DNA of 63,907 nt, the filler included, from Licmophora abbreviata (lineage: Eukaryota), in the NCBI GenBank assembly GCA_900291995.1. It is 10 parts of 10 records of this genome, joined end to end, with 100 filler letters (N's around TTAATTAATTAA, not from the genome) between each part and the next. Parts side by side here need not be neighbours in the genome. Positions count along the whole stretch, not along the records: positions 1 to 11,917 come from OLMU01000885.1; positions 12,018 to 21,170 come from OLMU01000888.1; 8 more parts are not named here. One strand, given 5' to 3'. Both the position numbers and the translations under genes were made by a program. Numbering within the stretch: the stretch's first letter is position 1; each line of letters starts with the position of its first letter. Positions 1-12,510 of the stretch are shown piece by piece. The notes under the pieces are model-generated. The model searched no databases, had not been told where the DNA came from, and worked only from the letters and a program-made list of their open reading frames with translations.

Positions 1-434
1 CTTGGGAACTTTGGACTCCGGAATCGCTTTTATTTCTGGTATTCGAAAAAAGAAATGAAGACTGTGCTGTGCAGAGGCATGTGTGTCTTACCATGACCTG
101 TTAGTCATGGAATTATTAAGTAAGAACAACATCTGGGACATCGAAACGAACTCACCGAACCTCAACCATCTCATCCAAAGGACCTCGTTTCTTGTATTAC
201 TCATATCAAAATTCACCTTAACTGTTAAACAATCATTGCAATCTGTTGAAGATGTCACACGCAAAAAACCAGAACATGATGACCACAGCAACAACGAAAA
301 TGCATCAGCTGTCATCGTCAGGGTTCTCATCCTTCGCTCAGATACACCAAGTAGATCAACAGTCCCCGGTATATCGTTGACACTCTATCCACCCAACTTT
401 GTACGCGTTTCAAATCGCGATATTCCATCTCAAG

Positions 435-1730
435 ATGACTAACAAGGAGGATGACGAAGAGCCTATCGAGTATCTCGGCATCACCGCCCGTATTTTCTTT
501 CTTGTCCTGGGAGGCTTGGGGATTGCCTTTTCTGTCTTCACGCTGTCGGGATGCGACATGATCAGGTACTTTCCAGGGATCCCGCCGGCAGGCGTCCCCG
601 ATGAAAGGGACCCGATTTTCCAAGACATTAGCGTCGCATACATTGGACTCTACAAGTACAACCCAAACCTGGAAGGATGCCGCGACATTTCCGACGACAT
701 CGACAGCCTCTCGTGGCAGTTCACAATGGCCCAGGTCTGCGCTCCCTTGGCCACCATCCTTGCCGCGGTCGCCATGGCCATGGTATTGGTAGACTTCTGT
801 CTCTGCCGATACCCCTGCAGTCGCTTCTTGTCTGGGGGCTTATTCTTCGCCGCCTTTGTCAGCCAGTCCCTCACTACGCTCGTATACACGGCCAAGGTCT
901 GCGAAGCGAACTTCGTGAACGGTCCGTATCCCTGCAGCCCGGAGCGATCCACGTGGTACACTGTCGTTGCGCTTGTACTCTTCCTGCTCTGCTCCTTTAT
1001 GGCATGCTGCGTTCCCAAACCGGTGCCTATGGTCGCCCGATTGATGGCCGCCTTCAAGAACGACAAGAACGACGGCTGCTGTGCTCTCTGCGCCAAGAAA
1101 GGGGGAGATGAGGAAACTGAGGAAGAAGGGACGGCTCAAGATGAAGAGGCTCCGTTGACTCTTGAGGTACGTCTATTGTTTCACTCTTTGGAGAATGCCA
1201 CTGTTTGATCGACACTGATCGATCGCTGTGTCGTCTTCGGTTTTGGAACAACACAGGAGATTCAGGAACAGCAGACACGCGCCGCGGTCACCACGGCACT
1301 CACGACTGCGCGTCGTGGAAAGCTGGAGGAGATCGAAAAGGAATTGGTGTTGCTTGAAAAGTACAAGGAGCAAATGTCCGAGGAGGACTACACTGCCAAG
1401 GTGGCACTGCTTCTTGCAGCTCTCCCGGACCCCGAAAACTACGACTTGTTCACCAAGACGCGCGCTCTTGTTATCCTCCCCGAGCCGGAGGATCCAAGCA
1501 GCTCGGAGAGTGAAGACGAAGTGAATGAGGGAAGTATTGACTATGGGGGCGAGGAGGAAGAAACGAAGAAAAACTTCATGGGAACAGCCGCTGCTGCAGT
1601 TAGTGGCGCGGTTACTCGCCCGTTCAAGTCCAAAACGCCGGATGAGGCCCCAGAGGTCTCCAAGGCTCCGACGGACGTTGCCCCAGAGGTGTCGGAGGCT
1701 CCTATGCCCGTGGATGCAGTTGAAAGTTAA
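435..1730 (+). CDS. Four-TM, Cys-rich membrane protein (claudin-like topology) with acidic cytosolic tail; 2 exons (intron 1167-1256)
   Basis: ORFs 399..1208 and 1344..1730 join in frame via GAG|GTACGT...CACAG|GAG; four hydrophobic segments; IGLYKY...C loop motif. Confidence 0.65.
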
Positions 1731-2119
1731 GCGAAAACGGGAGAGATTGAAATGATGGCGAGGGTCGTTGCTGAAGCAATTACGTACCGGTATGTTCGTC
1801 AACACGAAGGCATGCGACCTGAGCATTTCTCAAGGTAGAGGTTCAATCCAGTCGTTGACTACCTATCACGGTTTGAAGTATTATTTAAGTGATATCATGG
1901 GTGTTCTGTAGGTTCTGTGTGCAGTTTAGCGAAACGTTTTTGTCGTTGATGTGCGGGACGAATGCACGCGAGAGTACGGATATCGGTGGTTCCACGTGGC
2001 ATCCATGTCATGTCGCATACATGCGGCCAACTGTAAACTCTGTTCCAAGAATCTCATCACACATCGCGTCACAGTAGATGACGACGCCGTACTCTTTCGA
2101 AGTTGCTTGTGTGTGAGCC

Positions 2120-3676
2120 ATGACGCGTTCTTTTGGTCCATTCCACCCGCTCATATGGCTCGTCGTAGTATGCCTGCTTCAGAAGTGCACGTTGGCCTTT
2201 GTCCCGAGACCAAGTCAATCTTGTTCGAGCTTGTTCTCGTTGGCGCGGCGGAGATCGGCGCGTCCGGCTCTGATCCGGGAGGCACAAATAACGCTTCTTC
2301 TCATGAATGATGATGAGGATTACGCCGAGGATGGTGAGGATGACGACCATGTAGAGGAGGAAGAAGAAGACCCGTATGCGCAAAGAGCCTCGTCTGAGTT
2401 TGTAGACTCTTCGTCTTCCAGTTTGACGACGAGTACTTCCCCCACGACGACGGTGGACTGGGGCGGCGCGTTGGGAAAGCTCAGGGAGCGCGTCGATGAC
2501 ATTGAGAGTGGCGCATCTCAAGACCCGAGCAACGCTCTCTTCCGACTAATGACATCGCAGGCACCCAACCAAGCCATCGGGAACTTTGTTCAGTCAGCCA
2601 ATCCGCAAGTGGTTGGTGCCATGTCGGGAGCTGTTAGTTCGTTGCTAGGTGGGCTGTCCAATCCGGCTATGGGAGCCGAGACTGTCGTCAAAGCCAGTGG
2701 AGACAAGATTGGTAGTCTTTGTTTTCAATTGCAAATGACTGGGTACGTTTCGCTACGCATGATTTCAGCGAGCATCCCGTGCAAGTAGTTGTATCGTCCA
2801 CTTACCCACGTCTGTCTTCCTCGCAGCTATATGTTTCGTAATGCCGAGTATGTGATGGCCCTAAAGGATATTATGAACATTCGTGGATCGGGTACTGTGC
2901 AAGACTATAAGGATGCCTTTGATAGTCTGGATGCAGACGGCTCCGGTTTCATCGAAGTTGGCGAAATAGAGGCTCTGTTGAAGACTGCTTATAAAGATGA
3001 CGCAAAGGGTCCACCGGCCTTTGAAGTCCAAGCCTTCTTGGATTTCTTCGATAAAAACAATGATGGGGTTATCTCATGGGAAGAGTTTGAGCGTGGACTT
3101 GGCGACGTGTCGTCGCAAAAAGCCGCAGAAGCGTTATCGGCGGGTGCGTTGCTTCCAGCTGCTGAAGACGATGAGGACTACGAAGACGAGTTCGACGTTT
3201 CACCCAAAGTGTCTGGAATCCTTGAGATCGAAATGAAAGACGGCGAAATCGTTGAGGTGGAAGCGACCGAGTACATTGACAACCTGAAAAATGAGGCTCA
3301 AGAGCTCAAGGATGCCTTGCGACAGGAACGGGGAATGGCACAGCCGCCCGCCAATGGCTCTGGCGTGCCTCAGGCCTCGACGGACTTGAGCGGTGGCCTG
3401 GTTGGTTACATATCTTCGCGACAAGGCGACGTCAACTCGTTGACAGAAAGCATTCGGCCAGAAATCGTGGAGACAATGAAGCGACTTGTGGACTTCGTTT
3501 TAGAAGGCGGTCCCGAAAATAGAAAAATTGGGAAGGAGATCCCAAAGGCGCAGATCGAGATGGAAATACCAGGAGCAGCTCTGCAACAACTCGCGTTGTG
3601 GCAGCTAGTGCTTGGGTACCGACTACGCGAAGCCGAGGCGTCGGGTGACTATTACAAATTAATGGAGAATAAGTAA
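2120..3676 (+). CDS. Plastid-targeted DUF760-family protein with inserted EF-hand pair; 2 exons (intron 2743-2826)
   Basis: Splicing restores [13 protein letters not shown] (DUF760 motif); second copy [11 protein letters not shown] at C-terminus; EF loops [12 protein letters not shown] and [12 protein letters not shown]; signal peptide ending TLA-FVP. Confidence 0.8.
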
Positions 3677-3754
3677 GGGTTATTCGTTCGTCTTTATTGT
3701 GTGGAGTCATGAATGATGGTGTCGTTGGGAACGTCAGGCTGTGGCGACGTTGCT

Positions 3755-6070
3755 TCAATCGCACGTATCACATGATTCGGGACACACCTCGAATGCACGA
3801 TGGCCTTCCCGGCAAAGATGGACTTGCCACAGTGGCCGTGTTGACAACCAAGCGCAGTCACGGTATTGTTGAACCCTATTGACGAAGAAAGTCGCGTCCG
3901 CTGAATCCTCACAGTCGTCCGTACACTTCCCGCAGGTCTCCGCACACATGTGGTATGCGGCGTGGTCATGCACACACAGAATTTGCTGCCATTTCGGGGC
4001 TCTGGCAAGCCAATCGCAAGTTCTGCTACCGCGCGCTTCGTCGATATAGAATTCTTCATGCTTCGAGTCGTCACATGTTTCGGAAATCGGTCCTCCCGAT
4101 GGCGTGGGAGTGGGGGCGGCCAACAGATCGCAAGTTTCGCATGTATCCCGGCAGTGGTAGTAGGCGTCGTGTCCTTCGACGCATAAAAGATCCTGCCATA
4201 GAGGACGGAACCAAAGCCAAGCACACGAGCGTCGCCCAAAGCGTGGGCTGACGTAGAACGTACTGTCCGGGTCGTCGTTACAGTTGTCTGTGCATGCTCC
4301 ACAAGTATCACTACACAAATCATATGCAGCATGCCCTGGAACGCATACTTCATTCATCATGGCCGTATTCCGTGAAAGTGCATAGCAGTTCGTGCTGAAG
4401 GTTGAGCTGATGGGTACATAGTCGAGGCTATCTTCGCAGACAGGAACCGTGGGGGCAACAGAACTGCTCGGTGACATTGAAGGCCTCGGCGGAGTCGGGG
4501 CGGACGACGGGGTCGTAGACGGAACTTGCGTCGGACTCGGTTCATCGGGCTCAAGCACTGCATCGCAAGTTGTTTCCTGGATCCCATCGTCCAGAAAGAT
4601 GCTAACTCGAACAAAGTCGGGAGGACCTGCGACCTGATCGCAAGCTTCGATGACGAGGTCGATCCCAGTGCCGGAGAAATTGCCGTAGCGAAACGTCGAC
4701 GGTGCAGAAGTATCATCCGCTGAAATGCTGCCAATCATTGTCGATTTCCCAAAGTCTTCCTCGGCGTGCACAATCGTCACATGATTGGCCCGCTCCCCTG
4801 TCTGAAAGTTGAAGTATTTGGCTCGGTTGTACTGGATGTAGAGCTGTCCAATTTTAAGGATGACATACTCTTTGTTTGTCGGGTTTGTCAGACTGTACTC
4901 GACCACCCCAACCAAGTGACCAGCCCACGCTTCTTGTTCAATGTTGATCTCAATCGAGCGATCTTGGTACCACTGCATGTACCAATTCTTCTGTGCATTG
5001 TAGCAACGAGCGGGCCCAAGACTTCGGTATCGGACTGACGCACCCATGTAGCCCGTGGTGTCACCATAGCCTGTATCATCTTCTCCGGCGTGGTGTAGAT
5101 TCATATTATGACCGAGTTCGTGCAGCAACGTGGAAGGTTCTGTGCACCACACATCGTTGTAGACGCTACGAGGGTAGTTGAAGAAGCCGTACGCAATCCA
5201 TCCGCTTGTTCCAGGAGGAATACAGTACAGGACATAGTCGAAGTTTGTTTCGCTCTCAAAACGCGTCTGTACCTCGGCGACCATGGCACGTTCCACATCG
5301 CGTGGACTTGTCACGTCGCTCATATGTAGGTTCACGTCGACTTCTAAGACACCATCGACGATTCCTTCACCTTGGGCAGGCGCTATGGCAACCTTTCCAA
5401 AGGAGCAGCGATTGAGCTGACTGACGAGACTGAGTTGCTGTGGGTGAAAAACACGGTTACGAATCAGATCCGTCGAGACTGAGAGCTGACTGTCCAACGC
5501 TCGAGCGGTAACAACCAGCATGGTAAAGTTTCCTTGGTGACGACGTCGTACATCGGTCGAAGCCAGGCGTCGGTTGCCCGGCGCGATTGTAATGTTTGTA
5601 TTCGGGGGATAGACGACGGCGTTCTCTTTGACAGTTCCATTGGGAATAGAAATGACAGCCATGTCTCCTCTTTCCAGTAAATTGGAGTTGAAATTGACGA
5701 AGTCGTCTGGAAGCTCCAGATCATACGTCGTCATGTCGCCGTCCACCACACCATGATTCATCGGTAGACAATCAAATGATTGTTGGGGCGGATTGTCTTC
5801 GAAGGGATGAACATCATCAGCTTCGCTTTCCATGTCCATGACCATCACACCGCAAAGAAGTGGGCTGTCACGCTCATCGAGGTTGCGGCGAATGGACTGT
5901 AAGTAGAGAGAAAGACCGAGTCAGAGACATATCCTTCATCTTTCAGAGTTGGATATTTCAATCGCTTGCAGAAGCGTGGAGAAGCTGCAACTTACATCAC
6001 GACTTGCTCGCAGGCTCATCGATTGTGAGCATACTGACGAGGCTACCAAACACAATGTCGCAGCTATCAT
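3755..6070 (-). CDS. Secreted peptidase M11 (gametolysin-like metzincin) with PTS linker and four ShKT-like 6-Cys repeats; 2 exons (intron 5995-5897)
   Basis: HELGHNMNLHH zinc motif, YGDTTGYMG Met-turn, CYNAQKNW motif; upstream exon MIAATLCLVASSVCS joins in phase 0 via GTAAGT...TACAG. Confidence 0.85.
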
Positions 6071-6692
6071 CTTCGTCGGAGAGGGGTAATATCGAAAGGT
6101 TGGCATGGTGGTCGTTTTTGTTTGGTAGGATGTCAAATGTCGAGAAGCAATTCGTTGTGTGATGTCTTGATCAAGAGCTAATTGACTGTGTTTGCAGGTT
6201 AAATGAGCTCCTGCTGTATCGGAGGGGATTTTAAGATTCATCACGTTTGGTAAACATGTCCTTGCGATCTTCGTGAGGTGCGACAAGATTGTGCATCATT
6301 TTGCAGACGACACTCAAAATGTGAGCAAAACATAGTACGTAGAATCTACGTCGCTGCTATACTGCAAATTGTCAGTCTGTCAGTGCCTTCGTGTGGTTCC
6401 ACACATCAGCGAACGCGAACTCGCATCCTGGCTGTGTAAGCCATGAGAAGCGTACAAAAAAAGACGCAGCCATGACCATGAGCATGGCGACTTGAAGCGG
6501 CGGCTGTTTCTCGGGATTCTGGCAGTGTATGCGTTCCTGCGTTAACAGAGGAGACGTGTTTGAGAACAGAGATCGGAACGGTAAAAGGCGTTGAGATGAA
6601 ACAATCCTTCACGAGAGACAACGGACCGAAACAGTGTTGAGATCAGGGGAGGACGTGTTTCACCGAGGCCAAGAATAATCTCACTTTTGCCG

Positions 6693-9600
6693 ATGGATAT
6701 TTCAAAGGAATCGGTTGTCCCTCGCCCCTCGATCCACTCTTACAAGTCGGCTCTGTCGGTGGACGCTCGAACGCAGACGGGAAAGGATCTCGACGCCAAA
6801 GGAATCGCATTACTCCGCGAGATCTTTCCGGGGCAGTCCGACGAGGAGCTCCTCCGCCTACATCGACATCGACTCGAGACTGCAGCAGTGCAGAGTCCGA
6901 CTGGCGGTCCGACCTCCAAGCTAGGTCAGAGAATATGGAAGCAGGCAGTGATTTTGCATAGAGTCGAGGAACAGGGAGAGGCGTTGCACTGGAAGGAGCA
7001 TGACTTGCCGGATGACTTCTTGCGACTCCCGGATGAAGTCGCCATTAGACACTTCAATGAGGCCAGAGGGAAATGGGAGTCTCACTCGGTAGTGGACATG
7101 GAGAATCATGTCTTGAAGCAGCACAAAAGCCACCAGGAGATTGTCGGAAGCATGAGTTTGTATCCGGTCGACGACCTCCATTATTCTTGTTCCCTTCATC
7201 GAGACCCCGAGCTGGGTCTTGGCATTACTCTTTGCGAACAGGCTGGTTGTATCTGGGTCCACTCCATGGTTGGAAAATGCGAGCTTCGGATTTCTAGGAC
7301 CCCGACAGAGTCGGAGAAGGGGGGTATGAGGCTTCCCGACGCGATACGTCCAGGCGACTGGTTGTTGGGAGTCCAGGGGCAAGCACTCTTGCCGTCTCAC
7401 AATGGTGGGAACCTCTTAAAATATGCAGTTTCTGCTATCAAGAACACTCCAGATCCTGTGGTGCTCCATCTTCGACATGTTTCTCAGCACAAGTTTCATC
7501 AGCTCGTCGGGCGCAGCGAGCCATCGCCACTTTACAGTGGCCCGTCGTTGCTCGACATGACTTTCGAGGCAACCGATGATTCTTTCGTATCGGAAGACCT
7601 CGGTTCGGAACCTGATTGTGAGGCGGATGGTGAAGAAGCTGCACCGCTAGTGCATCCGTTCGTCACTGCTCTTGTATCGAAGGGACTGATTAAGACAATG
7701 GAAGGTGAGTGATGCCGACGATCGCGCAGTGACCGTATTCCCTACTACGTTTTGACTCACCATTAGCTCGACACGCTATGTCTCGTCATACAGCTCAGAT
7801 GGAAGCGACTGAGTGTCTGAAAATGTACACGCGCCGCACACGACAGTGGGAGTCAACCTCATCCTTCCGAATTGAAGCAGAGACGTTTCGCCTACGGCAT
7901 CACTTCGATCCTAGGGATCTTCCGCTGCCGCCATTGGCCGAAACTCCAACATTTTGCGATGACGAAGCCAGGAGCATTCATGCGTACGCACCGTCCACAC
8001 CGTCTCTTGATCCCAATACCAGTAGAATGCCTCCCCACTTCATGAATAACAGGACTGGCGTGGCCGCTGATGGCGAGAAGAGCGATGATCTGCGGGGCGT
8101 TCATTTGGAGGGCTACTCACCGAAACGTCTTGTTGTGTCGTATCCAGGCGATCGGCGTCGACAACAACAGCAGCATTCATTACAGTCGCTTGGGGGCTCC
8201 GACATCGTCATTCCGCTCTTGGGCGTTCGGAAAGCTCTATGCGTTCGCATTCTGAGCACGTTCCTCGAAGAAAACCGGACAGCATACACAATTTGGGTAT
8301 ACGATGTGGAATCTGGGAGGGAATGGTACGCTCCAGTTCGCTACCTTCGAGACTTTCAGGACCTGCGCTCCTCAACGATACCACTCTGCGCTGCAATCTC
8401 CGAGATCTCCTTTCCGCCCATTTCTGGATGGATCGCGTTTGGCAAAAGCGAGAAGACCGACTCTGCGTCTGTGCGCGATTCTAAACGTCTGCAGCTAGAG
8501 AGCTTTCTTCGAAGGCTGTGCACAATGATTTATAGCGACCCCCTTCACCCGAACATTGCCGAGGTCGCAATTCATGTACAATCCTTCCTCGGCTGCGACA
8601 TTGGTCTCAGCGATGTTGCCGATCCGCATCTTCACCTTCAGAACCAAGTCGTCACGGAGAGCATGCGGGGTCAGAGGGCAGAAGACGGCCACAGCGACCT
8701 CCAAATGAAAGTCAGACTGCTTCTCAAGCGATCCATTCAACGATATACGTATCGCCTGTTCCTGCTGGACTGCACGAAAAGGATCGTCGATGAGTTTGTC
8801 GATACGGTGCGCGCAAATGGACCAAGACTCAACGATATTGAAGAGCTTCAGGCTCAGGGACGAAACGTGCTCAAGCAAAAGGCAATGGCTGATCTGGAGA
8901 AAATTCAAGGGTTCCTCGATCAGCTGCAGGATCTCATTGTCGACGGCTGTATGCCGGATTTCGAATCCATTGCCGGACGTCGGGACTTTCTCTCTCTTCA
9001 TCCCTTTATCAATGGCAAGAAAGGAGCTGCGTATTCTGATCGATTGATCCGTGACGCCGTCCGTGAACAGATTGAAATCGAAGTCTACGTTCCGCTGCGA
9101 GGCGTCATGTCAAGGCTGCTTGTGAACGGCTGGCGGCACGACGACATCGAAATGCAGTTCAAGATTCAGGTAAGGTGTAATGCTCAGTGGACGATTCGAT
9201 CTATGCTCCGTGTTGGGTCATTAAGCTCACCTCAGTCGATTGACTCATCTGGTTGCCATAGGAGCTGCGGGGGCGACCCCAGTCATTCTTTAAGATTCCC
9301 CGAAAGCAACAAAGCCCGTCCTACTGGGCTTCCGTCTCTCGCATAATGAAAGAAGGTATTGGCGTGAGCACACTGCCCTGCGCCAAGCTCCGAGCGATTG
9401 TTGACGCAGCCAAAGAAATCACACGGCTGTATATTCATGAGCGTGACACCACGCAAATAATACACATTCAAGAGGAAGGGTCGTGGACAGCAGAAGGCGA
9501 CGGACTCCGGTCGTCTGCACTAAGCGCCGACGACTTTCTCCCGATCTTCATTTTCGCCGTTGTCCGAGCCGAGCTCGAGCGACCAAGCGCCTTGTGTAAG

Positions 9601-9863
9601 TGTCACATGCTTAAGAGCCCTCGATCTCAATGAGTTTCATTTGCTTTAATGACCATGATCTTAGTCCTTTCTATTGTGCCGCACTCCATAAAGGCGTCCT
9701 ACTCGGCACACTATGCGATCGCACAGGTCGCATTGGAGAGACAGGCTACTACCTAGCGTCGTTCGAGGCAGCCATTATGCACATACAAGAGATCAATATC
9801 GCAGAGGAGCAGGAGGCTACAGGGATCTCGTCCACTCAACCCTCATCGCCCAGATCACGATGA
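6693..9863 (+). CDS. PDZ + PX + VPS9 domain protein (putative Rab5-family GEF); 4 exons (introns 7705-7793, 9170-9261, 9596-9693)
   Basis: PDZ-like GLGITL...IRPGDWLLGVQG; PX-like TAYTIWV...RYLRDFQDLR; VPS9 LSADDFLPIFIFAVV...GETGYYLASFEAAI; splice junctions are phase-compatible. Confidence 0.8.
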
Positions 9864-9903
9864 CACTACAAAATAGACATGTAATAGAGCAGTGATCCTT
9901 GTC

Positions 9904-10730
9904 CTAAAACATGGCAATCTGAATGTCCTTGCGTCTGCTGAGCTGCGGCAAAATAGTCTCGCGCAACAGGTCCATTGTATCTGGTGCCGTATCCGGTAAG
10001 GTGCAGACCGTATACCCCTTTTGGTTCGCGTGACTGTCGAGAATTACGAGCTTGGTATCGTCGAATCGAAGCGAAGCTTCTCTGCTTCCGTCGTCCTGGC
10101 ACAAAGCAAGAAGTCGATGAGGAGTACCCACAGCAATCGGAAATGTCTGTTGTTCCAGCATATCACGCTGTGACTCGATTTCTAGGTGCTTGGCGAATAA
10201 TTTGGCAGCTCGAACCTTGCAACTGGCCACTTCCTTGAGCACCGCTACAGCTCGTCGGGCCGAAAGGCACACAACCAGAACCATCGGCGAGCGAAGAGCC
10301 TTCCACTTTTTCAGCTTTTTCATTGACACGGCATCTCGTATTCTCTTTTCCAAGGAAGGCTCACTGGATGCGCAAAAGTGAATTGGCTTCAGTCTCAACA
10401 TTCCGTCAATCGATTCGCCTCTCATTTGCGTATGATGGGTCAGGGCTGTCCACAAAAAGTCACTCTGTACTTCCGCCGATTCATGGGTCAAATTGCGCCC
10501 CGATTCCAACATGACACGCCAGGACGACTTCTTTGTGCTTGAGCGAGGGACGTCGTCCTGCACAGCGTCTTTTTTTCGTTCTTGGATCCGGAGCCACCAC
10601 TGTTCGACTGCTGCTGAGCCTCATCATCAGTTCTGTCCACAGACGAGGATTCCTCCTCATCCACCACTGGATCAGTAACACCGGGGTTCAACAGGTAGTC
10701 GTCATCGTATCCGAGATCATCTCCTCCCAT
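9904..10730 (-). CDS. CMS1: CMS1/CMSS1 family 90S pre-ribosome protein (helicase-like fold); apparent 1-nt frameshift near 10570-10580
   Basis: MGGDDL acidic N-terminus; VVCLSARRAV, AKLFAKHLEIESQ, IAVGTPHRL, LVILD motifs. Confidence 0.8.
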
Positions 10731-11021
10731 GTTTGATCTTTGCTCGTCTCCTAAGCCAGCAGACTTACTTCTGGACCGTATGCCGCCAATGTGAAGGCTG
10801 GCAATCCAAAGAAATGTTCTGTGTAAATTGAAATAGAGGATGTGGCGATGGTGCGTGCATTCAATTGAGTGGCTCCTAACGGGACTTCAGTAGCACGGTA
10901 CGTTTGGGCCGGTACTACTCTTTTCCCGCCAAATTTGGAAAGAAGAAAGCGCGGGAAAGTCGAGCTAGTCGTTGCTTCTTACTTTCTCGCGACAGTCGGC
11001 ACACCCAACACCGCGACGACC

Positions 11022-11675
11022 ATGGTTGCGTTTCACCTTCACCGTCGTGTTCTGCTCTTCTTCACGCTCGCTTTCCCACCCCTGGTCACTGCAGCTACTC
11101 ATCAAGTGGCCTTCGCTCGGCCGAACTACAGATTAGCCAGACAGGTTGGTCCTCGATCATCCGCCGTCGACGCTTGTCGGGCACAGCAACGAAACGAAAC
11201 GATTAGTGACGTCCAGGGTGATTTCATGGATACCTTCTTGACCATACCAGAGCCTCGCTTATTGATTTTGGATGTCGTGGCGATTGCAATTGCCGCACAG
11301 CTTATGGGACTTGTCGATGTCCTGAACAATCCAGTCTTTTGGCAGAATGGCGGCTGGCTTCAAGGTGTCACAGGGATGCCCTCGACGCTTTCGACACTAG
11401 TGCAGCGCCAATCAATACTGAGCATCTGTTGGATATTATCGGCATTGATAACAAGAGGATATCAATCTGAGAGTTCAGGAACAAAGGAAGACTTCTTTTC
11501 GTTGCAACTCCGGATATCAAGAGTTTTTTCCTTACTGCGGGTCTTAACAGCCCTCGCTGGCGCATTCCTTGTACCATCCATGGAGCTCGATGCTTTGGAT
11601 CTGATTCGACAATGTTACATTACGATTCTCATGGTGGGGTTCTTTCGATTCTTATACATTCAACTCTATCGCTAA
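11022..11675 (+). CDS. Uncharacterised membrane protein with N-terminal signal/transit peptide and about 4 TM segments
   Basis: Hydrophobic leader, basic Ser/Arg stretch, hydrophobic helices after PEPRLLILD. Confidence 0.55.
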   Translation: MVAFHLHRRVLLFFTLAFPPLVTAATHQVAFARPNYRLARQVGPRSSAVDACRAQQRNETISDVQGDFMDTFLTIPEPRLLILDVVAIAIAAQLMGLVDVLNNPVFWQNGGWLQGVTGMPSTLSTLVQRQSILSICWILSALITRGYQSESSGTKEDFFSLQLRISRVFSLLRVLTALAGAFLVPSMELDALDLIRQCYITILMVGFFRFLYIQLYR

Positions 11676-11917
11676 ACTGGCTTGCACTCGAGCAACCCTC
11701 GCTATTAGCTACAACGCACTGCGCCAAACTCTACGACAGTACTAAAAGTATTTGATGGATTCCTCTTTGAAAATACTGCAGCAACTCGCTCCGGAACTTT
11801 GCTACGCATCATCGAGTGGTGATGGAAAAGCTATGATCGTTGTACTACGACATCTACTTTGCCTGGGGTCGCCACACATGGTGGTCGACGCGTCGAATCG
11901 ATCGTGGAATTTGACGT

Positions 11918-12017
11918 NNNNNNNNNNNNNNNNNNNNNNNNNNNNNNNNNNNNNNNNNNNNTTAATTAATTAANNNNNNNNNNNNNNNNNNNNNNNNNNN
12001 NNNNNNNNNNNNNNNNN
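11918..12017. other. Artificial contig spacer N44-TTAATTAATTAA-N44; the same spacer occurs at 21171, 23254, 25073, 29670, 34244, 43148, 52311 and 61636
   Basis: Identical 100-nt six-frame stop linker seen nine times. Confidence 0.98.
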
Positions 12018-12510
12018 AACCAATCCCCGTCAGGTGGTGGAGCGCCCAACCAATCGCCGTCTGGTGGTGGAGCACCGAATCAATCGCCGTCAGGTGGTGG
12101 AGCGCCCAACCAATCGCCGTCTGGTGGCGGAGCACCGAACCAATCGCCGTCAGGTGGCGGAGCACCGAACCAATCGCCGTCAGGTGGTGGAGCACCGAAC
12201 CAATCCCCGTCAGGTGGTGGAGCGCCCAACCAATCGCCGTCTGGTGGCGGAGCGCCCAACCAATCGCCGTCAGGTGGTGGAGCGCCCAACCAATCGCCGT
12301 CTGGTGGCGGAGCACCGAACCAATCCCCGTCAGGTGGTGGAGCACCGAATCAATCCCCGTCAGGTGGTGGAGCACCGAACCAATCACCGTCTGGTGGCGG
12401 AAGTCCATCTGCGAGTGGAGCGCCGAACCTATCGCCATCAGCTGGTGGAAGTCCATCTGCCAGTGGGGCACCGAACCAAACTCCGTCTGGTGGCGGAGCA
12501 CCCAACCAAG
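12018..12510 (+). repeat. Coding 30-bp tandem repeat (12 full units plus about 4 degenerate), encoding NQSPSGGGAP
   Basis: Unit AAYCAATCSCCGTCWGGTGGYGGAGCRCCS; variation at third codon positions of the NQSPSGGGAP frame; truncated on the 5' side by a gap. Confidence 0.95.

Noticed and set aside
83..434. ORF 83..442 and other short overlapping or antisense ORFs throughout the window
   Set aside because: Non-ATG starts or antisense to well-supported genes, with no recognisable motifs
11962..11973. Recurring palindromic TTAATTAATTAA as a biological motif
   Set aside because: Always flanked by exactly 44 N on each side; a synthetic six-frame stop linker
12018..12400. 30-bp repeat array as a possible CRISPR array
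   Set aside because: No unique spacers, units are head-to-tail, variation is synonymous in one frame, there are no cas genes and the context is eukaryotic
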